DNA of 64,000 nucleotides from Synechococcus sp. (GTDB lineage: Bacteria; Cyanobacteriota; Cyanobacteriia; PCC-6307; Cyanobiaceae): the NCBI GenBank assembly GCA_047285805.1, contig JBJBCN010000003.1, positions 608,001-672,000 on the forward strand, written 5' to 3'. A model generated the notes under the pieces. The model did not search any database and had not been told where the DNA came from. It saw nothing but the letters and a program-made list of their open reading frames with translations. Shown one piece after another: positions 10,193 to 22,304 of the stretch (within the stretch, counting starts at the first letter, position 1; the number at the start of each line of letters is the position of its first letter). The translations under genes and the position numbers were made by a program.

Positions 10193-11497
10193 ATGGCATC
10201 TCCTTTGATGCGCAAGTCCTCGTTGCGTCTGCTGACCGGTGCAACGGCCCTGGCGACTTCGCTGAGCTTGGTGGCCTGCGGTGGCGGTGACTCCGCCTCA
10301 AATGTTCAGTACGACGACACGGTTAAAGTCGGGATTCTTCACTCCCTGACTGGAACGATGGCCATTTCGGAGTCCACTCTGGTGGACACCGAGAAGATGG
10401 CTATTGATGAGATCAATGCCGCCGGCGGTGTCACCGTTGACGGCAAGAAATACAAGATTGAGTACATCGTTGAAGACGGCGCATCCGATTGGCCGACCTT
10501 CGCTGAGAAGTCCAAGAAGCTGATCGATCAGGACCAGGTTCCTGTGGTCTTCGGTGGTTGGACATCCGCCAGCCGCAAGGCGATGCTGCCGGTTTACGAG
10601 TCGAAGGACGCCTTCCTCTACTACCCGATTCAGTACGAGGGCCAGGAGTGTTCGAAGAACATCTTCTACACGGGCGCGACTCCGAACCAGCAATCAGAGC
10701 CCGCCACCGAGTTCATGTTTAAGAAGTCGCCTGCCGCTGGCAAGCCCTTCTTCCTGGTGGGATCGGATTACGTCTTCCCCCGCACTTCCAACACCATCAC
10801 CAAGCAGCAGCTCAAGTCGCTGGGCGGCAAGGTCGTCGGTGAGGACTACCTGCCTCTCGGCAACACCGAAGTGGCTCCGATCATCGCCAAGATCAAGAAG
10901 GCGATGCCCAACGGCGGTGTGATCATCAACACCTTGAATGGTGACCAGAACGTTGCTTTCTTCAAGCAGATCCAGGACGCCGGTCTGACCCCGGCCAATG
11001 GCTACTACGTGATGAGCTACTCCATCGCGGAAGAAGAGATCAGCACCATTGGATCTGAGTTCCTCGAGGGCCACTACGGCGCCTGGAACTACATGATGTC
11101 GATCAACACCCCGGCATCGAAGAAGTTCGCCGCTGACTTCAAGAAGAAGTATGGCAGCGATCGCATGGTCGCTGACCCACAGGAGTCGGCCTACAACATG
11201 GTCTACCTCTGGAAGGCTGCCGTCGAGAAGGCCAACAGCTTCGATGACGACAAGGTGCGCGAAGCCCTGATCGGCATCGAATTCGATGCACCCCAGGGCA
11301 AGGTCAAGGTGATGCCCAACCATCACCTCTCCCAGACCGTGCGCATCGGTGAGATCACCAAGGACGGTCAGTTCAAGATCCTCCAGTCCACAAACGGTCC
11401 AGTGGCTCCTCAGGCCTGGAACCAGTACGAGCCCAGCTCCAAGGGCTACGCCTGCGACTGGACGGACGCCAAGAAGGGTGAGCGCTACAAGCTCTGA
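10193..11497 (+). CDS. urtA: Urea ABC transporter substrate-binding lipoprotein
   Basis: Lipobox LVAC, VGILHSLTGTMAISE, FGGWTSASRK, YPIQYEG. Confidence 0.97.
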   Translation: MASPLMRKSSLRLLTGATALATSLSLVACGGGDSASNVQYDDTVKVGILHSLTGTMAISESTLVDTEKMAIDEINAAGGVTVDGKKYKIEYIVEDGASDWPTFAEKSKKLIDQDQVPVVFGGWTSASRKAMLPVYESKDAFLYYPIQYEGQECSKNIFYTGATPNQQSEPATEFMFKKSPAAGKPFFLVGSDYVFPRTSNTITKQQLKSLGGKVVGEDYLPLGNTEVAPIIAKIKKAMPNGGVIINTLNGDQNVAFFKQIQDAGLTPANGYYVMSYSIAEEEISTIGSEFLEGHYGAWNYMMSINTPASKKFAADFKKKYGSDRMVADPQESAYNMVYLWKAAVEKANSFDDDKVREALIGIEFDAPQGKVKVMPNHHLSQTVRIGEITKDGQFKILQSTNGPVAPQAWNQYEPSSKGYACDWTDAKKGERYKL

Positions 11498-11524
11498 TCG
11501 CCCTCTCCGGCTGCTCTGACTGAT

Positions 11525-11554
11525 GGGGGAGTCCTTCCGGGGACTCCTCTTTTT
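11525..11554 (+). terminator. Hairpin plus U-tract after urtA
   Basis: GGAGTCC...GGACTCC stem followed by TCTTTTT. Confidence 0.65.
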
Positions 11555-11589
11555 CTGCTTTCTCCCCTGCTTGCCTGCTTCGGATTTCC

Positions 11590-12744
11590 GTGCAACTGCT
11601 GTTTGAAAGCCTCTTCAACGGCGTGGCCATCGGCTCGGTGTTGCTGATGGCCGCCCTTGGACTGGCGATTGTGTTCGGCTTGATGGGGGTGATCAACCTC
11701 GCCCATGGCGAGCTGATCATGCTCGGCGCCTACACGACCTACGTCGTGCAGCTGATCTTCAAGCTGCCGGCCTTTGAACCTGTCTACAACCTCTATGTCT
11801 TGGTGGCGATTCCGCTGGCCTTCGTGGTGAGCGGCGTCGTCGGAATCCTGTTGGAGCGGACGGTGATTCGCCGTCTCTACGGCAATCCCCTCGAGACCTT
11901 GCTGGCGACCTGGGGGGTGAGCCTGATCCTGCAGCAGTTCGTGCGCAGTGTTCCCCTGGCCACCGCCGCTGGCTTGGTGCTCGCCCTGGTGGTGGGCTTC
12001 AGCTTGCCGTTGGTGTTGCCCTCACCCCTACTGCAGGGACCGCGGGCGCGACTCGTGCGTGCCGGTTGTTGGGTGACCTCGGCCTTGGCCGGGGTGTTCT
12101 TGGCGGGTGGTCTGGCTTCGCAGATCTCGCGGATTGCACGTGCCACGTCCAGAAACGTCGATGTGACTGCGCCGCAATGGATGCGTGGTGGCTTGGAGTG
12201 GGCCGATCTCACCCTGCCGGTGCCTCGGCTGGTGATAATTGTGATGACCGTCGTCTCGGTGCTTGGAGTCACCCTCTTCCTCAACCGCAGTGTTTGGGGA
12301 ACACGCATTCGTGCCGTGACCCAGAACCGGTCAATGAGTGACTGCCTGGGTATCCCTACGGACACCGTCGACGTTCTGACTTTCGGCATTGGTTCTGGAC
12401 TGGCGGGGATTGCCGGCGTTGCTGTCTCACTCCTCGGCTCGGTGGGGCCCAATGTGGGTGGCTCTTACATTGTCGGGTGCTTCATGGTTGTGGTCCTCGG
12501 TGGGGTGGGCAATCTCTTTGGCGCCGTCCTGGCGTCATTTGCCATTGGATGGCTCACGGATCTGATCGGCGCCGGTCGTCTGCTGACGCTCTGGCCTGCA
12601 ATGCCGCCTCCGCTGGCCGCGACGGTGCAGTTCTTCGCCACGACGAGCATGGCGCAGGTGATGGTCTTCGCCCTGATCGTTCTGTTCTTGCAGTTCCGTC
12701 CCGCGGGCCTCTTCCCGCAGAAGGGACGCATGGTGGAGGCCTGA
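11590..12744 (+). CDS. urtB: Urea ABC transporter permease
   Basis: FGLMGVINLAHGE, PLETLLATWG. Confidence 0.95.
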   Translation: MQLLFESLFNGVAIGSVLLMAALGLAIVFGLMGVINLAHGELIMLGAYTTYVVQLIFKLPAFEPVYNLYVLVAIPLAFVVSGVVGILLERTVIRRLYGNPLETLLATWGVSLILQQFVRSVPLATAAGLVLALVVGFSLPLVLPSPLLQGPRARLVRAGCWVTSALAGVFLAGGLASQISRIARATSRNVDVTAPQWMRGGLEWADLTLPVPRLVIIVMTVVSVLGVTLFLNRSVWGTRIRAVTQNRSMSDCLGIPTDTVDVLTFGIGSGLAGIAGVAVSLLGSVGPNVGGSYIVGCFMVVVLGGVGNLFGAVLASFAIGWLTDLIGAGRLLTLWPAMPPPLAATVQFFATTSMAQVMVFALIVLFLQFRPAGLFPQKGRMVEA

Positions 12745-12748
12745 GCCG

Positions 12749-13876
12749 ATGTTCCAACGTTTTCAGCAGTCCCGCTGGCCGCAGCTCCTGCTGTGGGTGC
12801 TGATCATTGCCGCGATCGTTGCGGCCCCTGCGGTCCTGCCTGTCTTTCGTCTCAACCTGCTGGGCCGCTTCCTCTCGCTGGCGATTGTTTCCTTGGGCAT
12901 TGATCTGATCTGGGGCTTCACCGGGTTGCTCAGCCTGGGGCAGGGGATCTTCTTTGCCTTGGGCGGCTATGCCGCGGCGATGTATCTGCAGCTCAATAGC
13001 TCTTCCGGTTTCCCCAATGGCATTCCGGAGTTCTTCGGCCTCTATGGCGTGAAGCAGCTTCCGGCGTTCTGGCAGCCCTTCCATTCGCCCCTGTTCACCC
13101 TGGTGGCGATCTGGTTGATCCCGGCCGTCCTGGCGGCCGTGCTTGGCAACCTGGTGTTTCGCAACCGCATCAAAGGGGTCTACTTCTCGATCCTGACCCA
13201 GGCGGCCCTGTTGGTCTTTTTCAACTTCTTCAACGGCCAGCAAAAACTGATCAACGGCACCAACGGTCTCAAGACCGACGTGACCCAGTTGTTTGGCCAG
13301 ATGGTGGGTTCGCCGGAGATGCAGCGCGGCTTCTTCTGGTTCACCGCGCTGATGGTGATCGCGGCCTGGGCCTTTGTGCGTTGGGTGGTGCGCGGTCGCT
13401 TTGGCGATGTCTTGATTGCCATTCGCGATGACGAGCCGCGGCTGCGCTTTGCGGGGTTCAACCCGACCCTCTTCAAGACGATCGTCTTCGCGATTGCCGG
13501 TGGTTTGTCCGGCATTGGGGGGGCGCTCTACACGGTGCAATCCGGGATCGTCTCGCCCCAATACATGACCGTTCCCTTCTCGATCGAGATGGTGATTTGG
13601 GTGGCCGTGGGCGGTCGCGGCACGTTGGTGGGGGCCATCTTGGGCGCCGTCGCGATCAACTACGCCAAGAGCCTGGTCAGTGAGGCCATGCCCCAGAGCT
13701 GGCTCTTCATCCAAGGCGGTCTGTTCATCTTGGTGGTCACCGCCTTGCCGGAGGGCGTCATCGGTTGGTGGCGCAGCGATGGGCCCCGCAACCTGCTCAC
13801 GCGCCTGGGCATCGCCCGGCGCATTGGCACCTATCCGCAATTGGAATTGGACGGACAAGAGGAGGTTGAGCCATGA
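12749..13876 (+). CDS. urtC: Urea ABC transporter permease
   Basis: DLIWGFTGLLSLGQG, GVYFSILTQA, WVAVGGRGTL. Confidence 0.95.
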   Translation: MFQRFQQSRWPQLLLWVLIIAAIVAAPAVLPVFRLNLLGRFLSLAIVSLGIDLIWGFTGLLSLGQGIFFALGGYAAAMYLQLNSSSGFPNGIPEFFGLYGVKQLPAFWQPFHSPLFTLVAIWLIPAVLAAVLGNLVFRNRIKGVYFSILTQAALLVFFNFFNGQQKLINGTNGLKTDVTQLFGQMVGSPEMQRGFFWFTALMVIAAWAFVRWVVRGRFGDVLIAIRDDEPRLRFAGFNPTLFKTIVFAIAGGLSGIGGALYTVQSGIVSPQYMTVPFSIEMVIWVAVGGRGTLVGAILGAVAINYAKSLVSEAMPQSWLFIQGGLFILVVTALPEGVIGWWRSDGPRNLLTRLGIARRIGTYPQLELDGQEEVEP

Positions 13877-14628
13877 GTGCCCCCTTGCTTGAACTGCGCG
13901 AGATCACCGTCAGCTTTGACGGATTTCTGGCCCTGCGTGATCTCAACCTCAGCCTCCAGCCCGGAGAGCTGCGGGCGGTCATCGGCCCCAATGGTGCGGG
14001 CAAGACCACCTTCTTGGATGTGATCACGGGCAAGACCGCACCCACGGAAGGGGATGTGATTTTTCAAGGACGCTCCCTGGTGGGTCGTGCGGAGCATCGC
14101 ATTGCCCGGCTGGGCATTGGGCGCAAATTTCAGAGCCCCCGCGTTTTTGAGAGGCTCAGCGTTCAGGAGAACTTGGCCCTGGCGGTGAGCCGCCCCAAGC
14201 AGCCCTGGCCCCTGCTGTTTGGTCCCCTCGGCGGCCAGGAGCGAGAGCGGGTGCATCACCTGATGGGCATCGTCAATCTGCAGAGCCGTGCGGACTGGGA
14301 AGCGGGAGCCCTCTCCCACGGCCAGAAGCAATGGCTCGAGATCGCGATGCTGGTGGGCCAGGACCCCGACCTGCTCCTGGTGGATGAACCGGTGGCCGGT
14401 CTGACCGATGAGGAGACCGACCTCACCGCCGACTTGCTCAAGTCCCTTGCCGGTGACCACACAGTGCTTGTAATTGAGCACGACATGGAGTTCATCCGCC
14501 GCCTGGAGAGTCCTGTGACGGTGCTGCATCAGGGGCATGTGCTCTGTGAGGGAACCATGGATCAGGTCCAGGTCGATCCCCGGGTGATTGAGGTCTATCT
14601 CGGAACATCAGAGGAGGAACATCCATGA
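13873..14628 (+). CDS. urtD: Urea ABC transporter ATPase
   Basis: GPNGAGKT, LSHGQKQWLEI. Confidence 0.95.
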   Translation: MSAPLLELREITVSFDGFLALRDLNLSLQPGELRAVIGPNGAGKTTFLDVITGKTAPTEGDVIFQGRSLVGRAEHRIARLGIGRKFQSPRVFERLSVQENLALAVSRPKQPWPLLFGPLGGQERERVHHLMGIVNLQSRADWEAGALSHGQKQWLEIAMLVGQDPDLLLVDEPVAGLTDEETDLTADLLKSLAGDHTVLVIEHDMEFIRRLESPVTVLHQGHVLCEGTMDQVQVDPRVIEVYLGTSEEEHP

Positions 14629-15335
14629 CTGCTCTGCTGGAGATCCGCGGGCTGAACACCTATTACGGCGAGAGCCACATCCTGCGGGACGTCGATCTCA
14701 CCGTGAATGCCGGGGAGATGGTCTGCCTAATTGGCCGCAATGGGGTGGGAAAGACCACCCTGCTGAAGTCGCTGATCGGTCTGCTTCGCGCCCGTCAGGG
14801 CTCCATTGATTTCAACGGTGCCGTCCTGGATCGCCAGGCGCCCCATCAACGGGCGCGCGCTGGCTTGGGGTACGTGCCGCAGGGGCGGGAAATCATCCCG
14901 CAGCTGACCGTGGAGGAGAACTTGATGCTCGGCATGGAGGCGCTCCCCGGGGGATTGGCCCGCCATCCCCGCATTGATCCTTTTGTCTACGAGCTCTTCC
15001 CGATCCTGCGCGAGTTCTTACCCCGTAAGGGTGGGGATCTCAGCGGCGGTCAGCAGCAGCAACTGGCGATTGCTCGGGCACTTCTCGGGCAGCCCAAATT
15101 GCTGCTGTTGGATGAGCCCACCGAGGGGATTCAGCCCAACATCGTTCAGGACATTGAATCTGCGGTGCGCCGGATCATTGCTGAGACCGGCATTGGCGTT
15201 CTGCTCGTCGAGCAACACCTCCACTTTGTTCGCCAGGCGGACCGCTACTACGCGATGCAACGTGGGGGCATCGTGGCCAGCGGCCCCACCGCCGAGTTGA
15301 GCCAAGACGTGGTCAATCGCTTCCTCAGCGTTTGA
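14625..15335 (+). CDS. urtE: Urea ABC transporter ATPase
   Basis: GRNGVGKT, LSGGQQQQ, DEPTEGIQP. Confidence 0.95.
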   Translation: MTALLEIRGLNTYYGESHILRDVDLTVNAGEMVCLIGRNGVGKTTLLKSLIGLLRARQGSIDFNGAVLDRQAPHQRARAGLGYVPQGREIIPQLTVEENLMLGMEALPGGLARHPRIDPFVYELFPILREFLPRKGGDLSGGQQQQLAIARALLGQPKLLLLDEPTEGIQPNIVQDIESAVRRIIAETGIGVLLVEQHLHFVRQADRYYAMQRGGIVASGPTAELSQDVVNRFLSV

Positions 15336-15337
15336 TC

Positions 15338-16159
15338 TCAGTCCGCCACGAGTGGATCAAAGAGGGCCCTGATCTCCTGCCGGTTGTGGGGGGGCAGGGC
15401 TTGGCCATCCAGGCTTTCGATCGGTCTGCAGCTGAGGCTGTTGATCAGCAGCCAGCGGTCGCCGCTTTGGGGTTGGGCCTCGAGCTGCGATTCTTGGACG
15501 AGGCCACGGTTCAGCAGTTGCCCGCGCATCACCCCCGGAAGGCAGCCGCTGCTGAGGGGTGGCGTGAGCCATTGGCCCTTGCGCTGCACCAGCAGGTTGG
15601 CGGCGGTTCCGCAGCAGAGTTCACCGCTCGTGTTCAGCAGCACGGCGTCATCGGCTCCTGCCGCTTGGGCCTCGCGGCGGGCCTGGATGCCTTGCCCGTA
15701 GGCAAAGGTCTTGCAATGGCTCAAGCGGCTGGAGCCATTGCGCCGCTCATGGCGACTCACGATCGCCCGCACGGCTGAAAACTGGGGGGTGCTTGCACTG
15801 AGCTGCAGCCAGAAGCGCGGCGCGAGGACCTCCGGGCGATCCAGACCGCGGCCGCCACTGCCGCCACTCCAGTTCAGGCGCAGGGCGCCATTGCCATGGG
15901 TCAGATCGCAACGGGCAATCGCCTCCACCACCAGTGGTTGGACCACGTCGGTCTGGGGCGGCTCGGGCAGGCCCAGCAGCGTGGCACTGCGGTGCCAGCG
16001 CTCAAGATGGGGCACAAGCAACCGGGCGCGTCCATCCAGCACCAGCACCGTCTCAAACAGACCGTCGGCCAGCAGGAGCCCCCGGTCATTCAGGGGGAGT
16101 TCGGGCGTGTTCCTCTCCCCCCAGCGGCCATCGATCCAGCTCAGGCAGCGGCCTGTCAT
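15338..16159 (-). CDS. Aminotransferase class IV (PabC/aminodeoxychorismate lyase-like)
   Basis: DRGLLLADGLFET, TPPLSSGCLPGVMR; ATG 16159 overlaps the upstream stop. Confidence 0.85.
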   Translation of the reverse strand: MTGRCLSWIDGRWGERNTPELPLNDRGLLLADGLFETVLVLDGRARLLVPHLERWHRSATLLGLPEPPQTDVVQPLVVEAIARCDLTHGNGALRLNWSGGSGGRGLDRPEVLAPRFWLQLSASTPQFSAVRAIVSRHERRNGSSRLSHCKTFAYGQGIQARREAQAAGADDAVLLNTSGELCCGTAANLLVQRKGQWLTPPLSSGCLPGVMRGQLLNRGLVQESQLEAQPQSGDRWLLINSLSCRPIESLDGQALPPHNRQEIRALFDPLVAD

Positions 16160-17460
16160 CCCAGGGCCTCCAGCAGCGGGTTCAGCTTCCAGCCCAATTC
16201 CTCGGCTTCGGCCTGGGGATTGGAGTCGGCCACGATGCCGCAGCCTGCATGGCAGCGCAGGGTGGTGCCGTGTTGGAGCACGGTGCGGATCAGGATGCTG
16301 CTGTCGAAGCTGCCATCCCAATCCCGCCGAAGCAAGGAGCCGCAGTAGGGCCCCCGGGCTACCGGCTCCAGTTCGGCGATGCGCTGGCAGGCCCGCAGCT
16401 TGGGTGCCCCGGTGATGGAGCCCCCCGGCCAGCAGGCCTGCAGGAGGTCGACCCAACTGGTACCCGTCCGCAGCTGTCCGGTGACCACCGAGGTGAGGTG
16501 GTGGACCTGGGCATAGCTCTCTAGGCCCACCAATTGCGGCACCTGGATGGAGCCGCTCTTGCAGACGCGGCCGAGGTCGTTGCGCAACAGATCGACGATC
16601 ATTACGTTCTCGGCCCGGTCCTTGCTGCTGCAGACCAACTCCGCCGCCTGATCGGCGTCTCGCTCGGGGTCCACCATGCGCGGCCGGGTGCCTTTGATCG
16701 GGCGCGTCTCGACCTTGCCACTCGGGCTGACCTGCAGGAAGCGTTCCGGTGAGGCCGAAATCACCGCTTCCCCGGGGGCGACCACCAGGCCGGCAAAGGG
16801 CGCCGGGCAGCGCCGTCGCAAGCGCTCAAACAGCGCCAAGGGTTCAGCTGGGGCCTCCAGTGGACTGGAGCAGCAGGCAGTGAGGTTCGCCTGAAAGATG
16901 TCACCGCTGGCGATGCGTTCACGGATCCGCTGGACCCCTGCGCTGAACGTTTCCGGGCTGCTGTGCCAGTGCCAGTGGGCAATGGCCGTTGGTTCCATGG
17001 GATTGGCCTGGGTCCCTGGCAGTGCTTCCGCCCAGGCGGCCATGGCCTCCAGGCGCGTGGGGTCGAGCCCCTCCAGCCAGAGCCTCTGCTCCTGTAGGTC
17101 GAAGCGAAAGATCGGATCGTGGCGGGCGATCCAGAGGGTCGCCATCGCATCGGCCTTCCAGTGGGCCGCGGGTTCCACCCAGGCGGCGGCTTCGTAGCTG
17201 AGCCAGCCGCACCAATGCCCCTCCCTTAGCTGGCGCAGCGCCTTGAAGGGATTGCAACTTCCGTTCTCCTCCGGGAGGCCGCGGCAGACGATCTGCTCGA
17301 GCGGATTGGCGGCCAAGCTGGCCCATCTGCCCAGGCTGCTGCCGTCCCCATCGAGCCAGATCAGCCCCTCCGATCCGAAGCGCGCGGCGAGGTGGCGGGC
17401 GAGGTCAGCGGGTTCGGTCCAGGGGAGTGGCCGTTGGCTAGGCCGTGGAGCGCTGCCCAT
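16156..17460 (-). CDS. Chorismate-binding enzyme (PabB/anthranilate synthase component I family)
   Basis: SASPERFL, TRPIKGTRPR, KDRAENVMIVDLLRNDL, GSITGAPK. Confidence 0.9.
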   Translation of the reverse strand: MGSAPRPSQRPLPWTEPADLARHLAARFGSEGLIWLDGDGSSLGRWASLAANPLEQIVCRGLPEENGSCNPFKALRQLREGHWCGWLSYEAAAWVEPAAHWKADAMATLWIARHDPIFRFDLQEQRLWLEGLDPTRLEAMAAWAEALPGTQANPMEPTAIAHWHWHSSPETFSAGVQRIRERIASGDIFQANLTACCSSPLEAPAEPLALFERLRRRCPAPFAGLVVAPGEAVISASPERFLQVSPSGKVETRPIKGTRPRMVDPERDADQAAELVCSSKDRAENVMIVDLLRNDLGRVCKSGSIQVPQLVGLESYAQVHHLTSVVTGQLRTGTSWVDLLQACWPGGSITGAPKLRACQRIAELEPVARGPYCGSLLRRDWDGSFDSSILIRTVLQHGTTLRCHAGCGIVADSNPQAEAEELGWKLNPLLEALG

Positions 17461-17463
17461 CAC

Positions 17464-18156
17464 TTAGTGGCTCGTCAGGTCGGGGCGCCCGGCCTCGATC
17501 AGGGCCGCATCGCGAATGCGGCAGCTGTCGCAGACCCCGCACGGGTGCTCGCCGCCGCTGTAGCAACTCCAGGTCTGTTCAATCGGCACCCCCAAGCGCA
17601 GCGCCTCCTGGACGATCTTGGTTTTGCTCCACTTCACCAGGGGGGCCCAGAGCTGGGTGCCATGGCCCTCTCGGCCGGCCTTGCTGGCCAGGTCCGCCAG
17701 GGTCTGGAAGGCTCCGAGGTAATCCGGGCGGCAGTCCGGGTAGCCGGAGTAGTCGACCGCATTGACTCCCAGCACCAGCCGTTCGGCGCCGCGGGCCTCC
17801 GCCAGGCTGAGGCCGATGGCGATAAACACCGTGTTGCGCCCCGGGACGTAGGTGCTGGGGATCACGCCGTCCTGTACCCCCGCGTTGGGAATCTCCATGG
17901 CAGTGTCGGTCAGTGCGGATCCACCCCAGGCCGCCAGGTTGACGCTGATGCTGTGGTGTTCTGCCAAGCCCAGGGCCTGCGCGACCGCGGCAGCGGCCTG
18001 GAGTTCGCTCCGATGGCGCTGGCCGTAGTCAAAGGATAGGCCGATCACGCGGTAGCCCTCTGCTTGGGCGAGGGCGGCGGCGGTGGCGGAATCCAGCCCT
18101 CCGGAGAGAAGGGCGATGGCGATAGGCAAGGCTTCGGTGGAAGGCACCGTATCCAT
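17464..18156 (-). CDS. queC: 7-cyano-7-deazaguanine synthase
   Basis: [26 protein letters not shown]...CGVCDSC. Confidence 0.97.
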   Translation of the reverse strand: MDTVPSTEALPIAIALLSGGLDSATAAALAQAEGYRVIGLSFDYGQRHRSELQAAAAVAQALGLAEHHSISVNLAAWGGSALTDTAMEIPNAGVQDGVIPSTYVPGRNTVFIAIGLSLAEARGAERLVLGVNAVDYSGYPDCRPDYLGAFQTLADLASKAGREGHGTQLWAPLVKWSKTKIVQEALRLGVPIEQTWSCYSGGEHPCGVCDSCRIRDAALIEAGRPDLTSH

Positions 18157-18170
18157 GATGGCCACTCGCC

Positions 18171-20464
<2,294 letters not shown>

Positions 20465-20505
20465 TCAATGTACTGGCCGGATCTAGGGGCTCTCGCCGCG
20501 AAGGC

Positions 20506-21013
20506 CTATTGATCGAGGAGGCTGCGCTGCATTCAGGCGGTTTTCTCGTGGATCTGCAGCCGTTGGGTCAGCAGGTCTGAGGTCGGTTCAGCAACGGCGG
20601 CATCGGCCAGCGGCAAAATACCGCGGGCGGTCCTGGCCACGGATTTATGGCCGCTTACTAACAGCCGGATCATCTCCAGGGCTGAGGGCTGAGGGCTGAG
20701 GGCTGAGGGCTGAGGGCTGAGGGCTGCTGGGGCGCTTCGGCAATCGAGGCCAGTTGGCTCAGGGTCGTCCCGCCATGGGGAGCGACGACCCCACGGTCTG
20801 AATGCGCTCGGCGATGACATCCAGGGCGGTCCAGAGCTCCGTTTACTGGTCCATGAAAATCAGATGGGGCGTGTTGAACATCGGCCCGGTGACGTTCCAG
20901 TGAAAGCCGTGGGTGTTGCCGTAGAGGACGTAGGTGTCCGCGAGAAGGCGGCTGAGGCCCTGGGCGACCTCCTGCAGCTCGGCTTCAGGGATGCCGATGT
21001 CGATGCTGGGCAT
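20506..21013 (-). pseudogene. dps: Dps (DNA-binding ferritin-like protein) pseudogene
   Basis: LADTYVLY..THGFHWNVTGPMF, LDVIAER and [14 protein letters not shown] are intact. Lesions: TAA at 20843-45, a 1-bp deletion near 20793, a repeat expansion, and TGA at 20533-35 in place of Trp before MQRSLL. Confidence 0.9.
20678..20726. repeat. Perfect tandem repeat (AGGGCTG)x7 inside the dps pseudogene
   Basis: 49 nt read directly. Confidence 0.97.
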
Positions 21014-21062
21014 GGTGCTGGCATCACTCGTGCACGCGTCTGCCCGAGTGATAGGTGGATTT

Positions 21063-22211
21063 TCAGCCGCTGGGAGCGCTGTCTCCATCCATGTTCAGCA
21101 AGTAGTCGTGCACCCGGCAGCGGCGCTGGGGTTGCCGCAGTTTGAGCAGGGCCCGGGTTTCGATCTGCCGGACCCGTTCGCGGGAGAGGTGCAGGTCTTC
21201 ACCGATCTGGGAGAGGGTTTGCGGGGTGTCGTTTTCCAGGCCGAAGCGCAGGCGGATGACCTCGGCTTCGCGGCCGCTGAGTTCCTCAAGGAGGGCTTCG
21301 AGGTCGTCGTGCAGTTGGGCCTTCGTCAGGGCCTGCTCGGGGGTGGCGTGGCCGTCCTCGAGGAGTTCCCCCAGCTCGGTGTCCATGTCGCGGCCTACCC
21401 GGGTGTCCAGGGAGACCGAGCGTGGCACACGCATCAGGGTCATGCGGATCACTTCTTCGCTCAGGCCCAGTTCCTTGGAGAGGTCGGCGACGGAGGCCAG
21501 GCGGCCGTGTTCGCTAGCGATTTGCCTTTGGGCTTTTTTGATGCGGTTGAGCTTCTCGGTGACGTGGACCGGCAGGCGGATCGTGCGGCTTTGCGTCGCG
21601 ATGGCCCGGGTGATCCCCTGGCGAATCCACCAGTAGGCGTAGGTGCTGAAGCGGAAGCCCCGGGTCGGGTCGTATTTCTCCACCGCCCGCTCGAGGCCGA
21701 GGGTGCCCTCTTGCACGAGGTCCAGCAGCTCCATGCCCCGTTGCTGGTACTTTTTGGCGACGGCCACCACTAGGCGCAGGTTGGCCTGAATCATCCGGTC
21801 CCTGGCCCGCCGCCCTTGGTGCAGGGCTTGCTTGAGCTCGCCACTGCTTAACGCCGATAGGCGTGCCCAGGCCTCGTGGCCGGCCTTGAGGGCTTCTTTC
21901 AGCTCAGCGCCGCTGCGTTGTTGGTGCTCGGACCACAGTTGCAGGCTGGGCCAGTGCCCTAGATGGGAGGCCAGCTGCTGGCGGCTGTGCTCTAGGTCCA
22001 CCAGGGCCTGAAGCTCTTTGGACTGCTTGGCGAGGGGCCGGCGCTCCTGCAGCAGTTGCTCTCGGCGCTGGACCAGGCGAGCCAGGGTGAGCTCCTCCTC
22101 GTGGCTGAGCAGATCAACGCGGCCGATGTCCTGCAGGTAGAGGCGCACCAGATCACTGCTGCCGCGCTTACCGCCGGAGTTCGCTTTTGGACGGGGAGGA
22201 CCTTTGCTCAT
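21063..22211 (-). CDS. Group 2 sigma-70 factor (RpoD-like)
   Basis: DLVRLYLQDIGR, ANLRLVVAVAKKY, GFRFSTYAYWWIRQ, SRERVRQIE; short N-terminus. Confidence 0.93.
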   Translation of the reverse strand: MSKGPPRPKANSGGKRGSSDLVRLYLQDIGRVDLLSHEEELTLARLVQRREQLLQERRPLAKQSKELQALVDLEHSRQQLASHLGHWPSLQLWSEHQQRSGAELKEALKAGHEAWARLSALSSGELKQALHQGRRARDRMIQANLRLVVAVAKKYQQRGMELLDLVQEGTLGLERAVEKYDPTRGFRFSTYAYWWIRQGITRAIATQSRTIRLPVHVTEKLNRIKKAQRQIASEHGRLASVADLSKELGLSEEVIRMTLMRVPRSVSLDTRVGRDMDTELGELLEDGHATPEQALTKAQLHDDLEALLEELSGREAEVIRLRFGLENDTPQTLSQIGEDLHLSRERVRQIETRALLKLRQPQRRCRVHDYLLNMDGDSAPSG

Positions 22212-22304
22212 AGGCCAATGGCGGATGCCAACCACCAGCTTCGAGTCTTAACTGAGACAGTGCGCGAAAGCCTTGGTTTGTGTTCGGGTTCTGCGCCGCG
22301 CAGA

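Noticed and set aside
20678..20726. CRISPR array or functional phase-variation switch
   Set aside because: It is a spacer-less 7-mer tandem repeat, and dps also carries independent nonsense lesions, so repeat contraction could not restore function.
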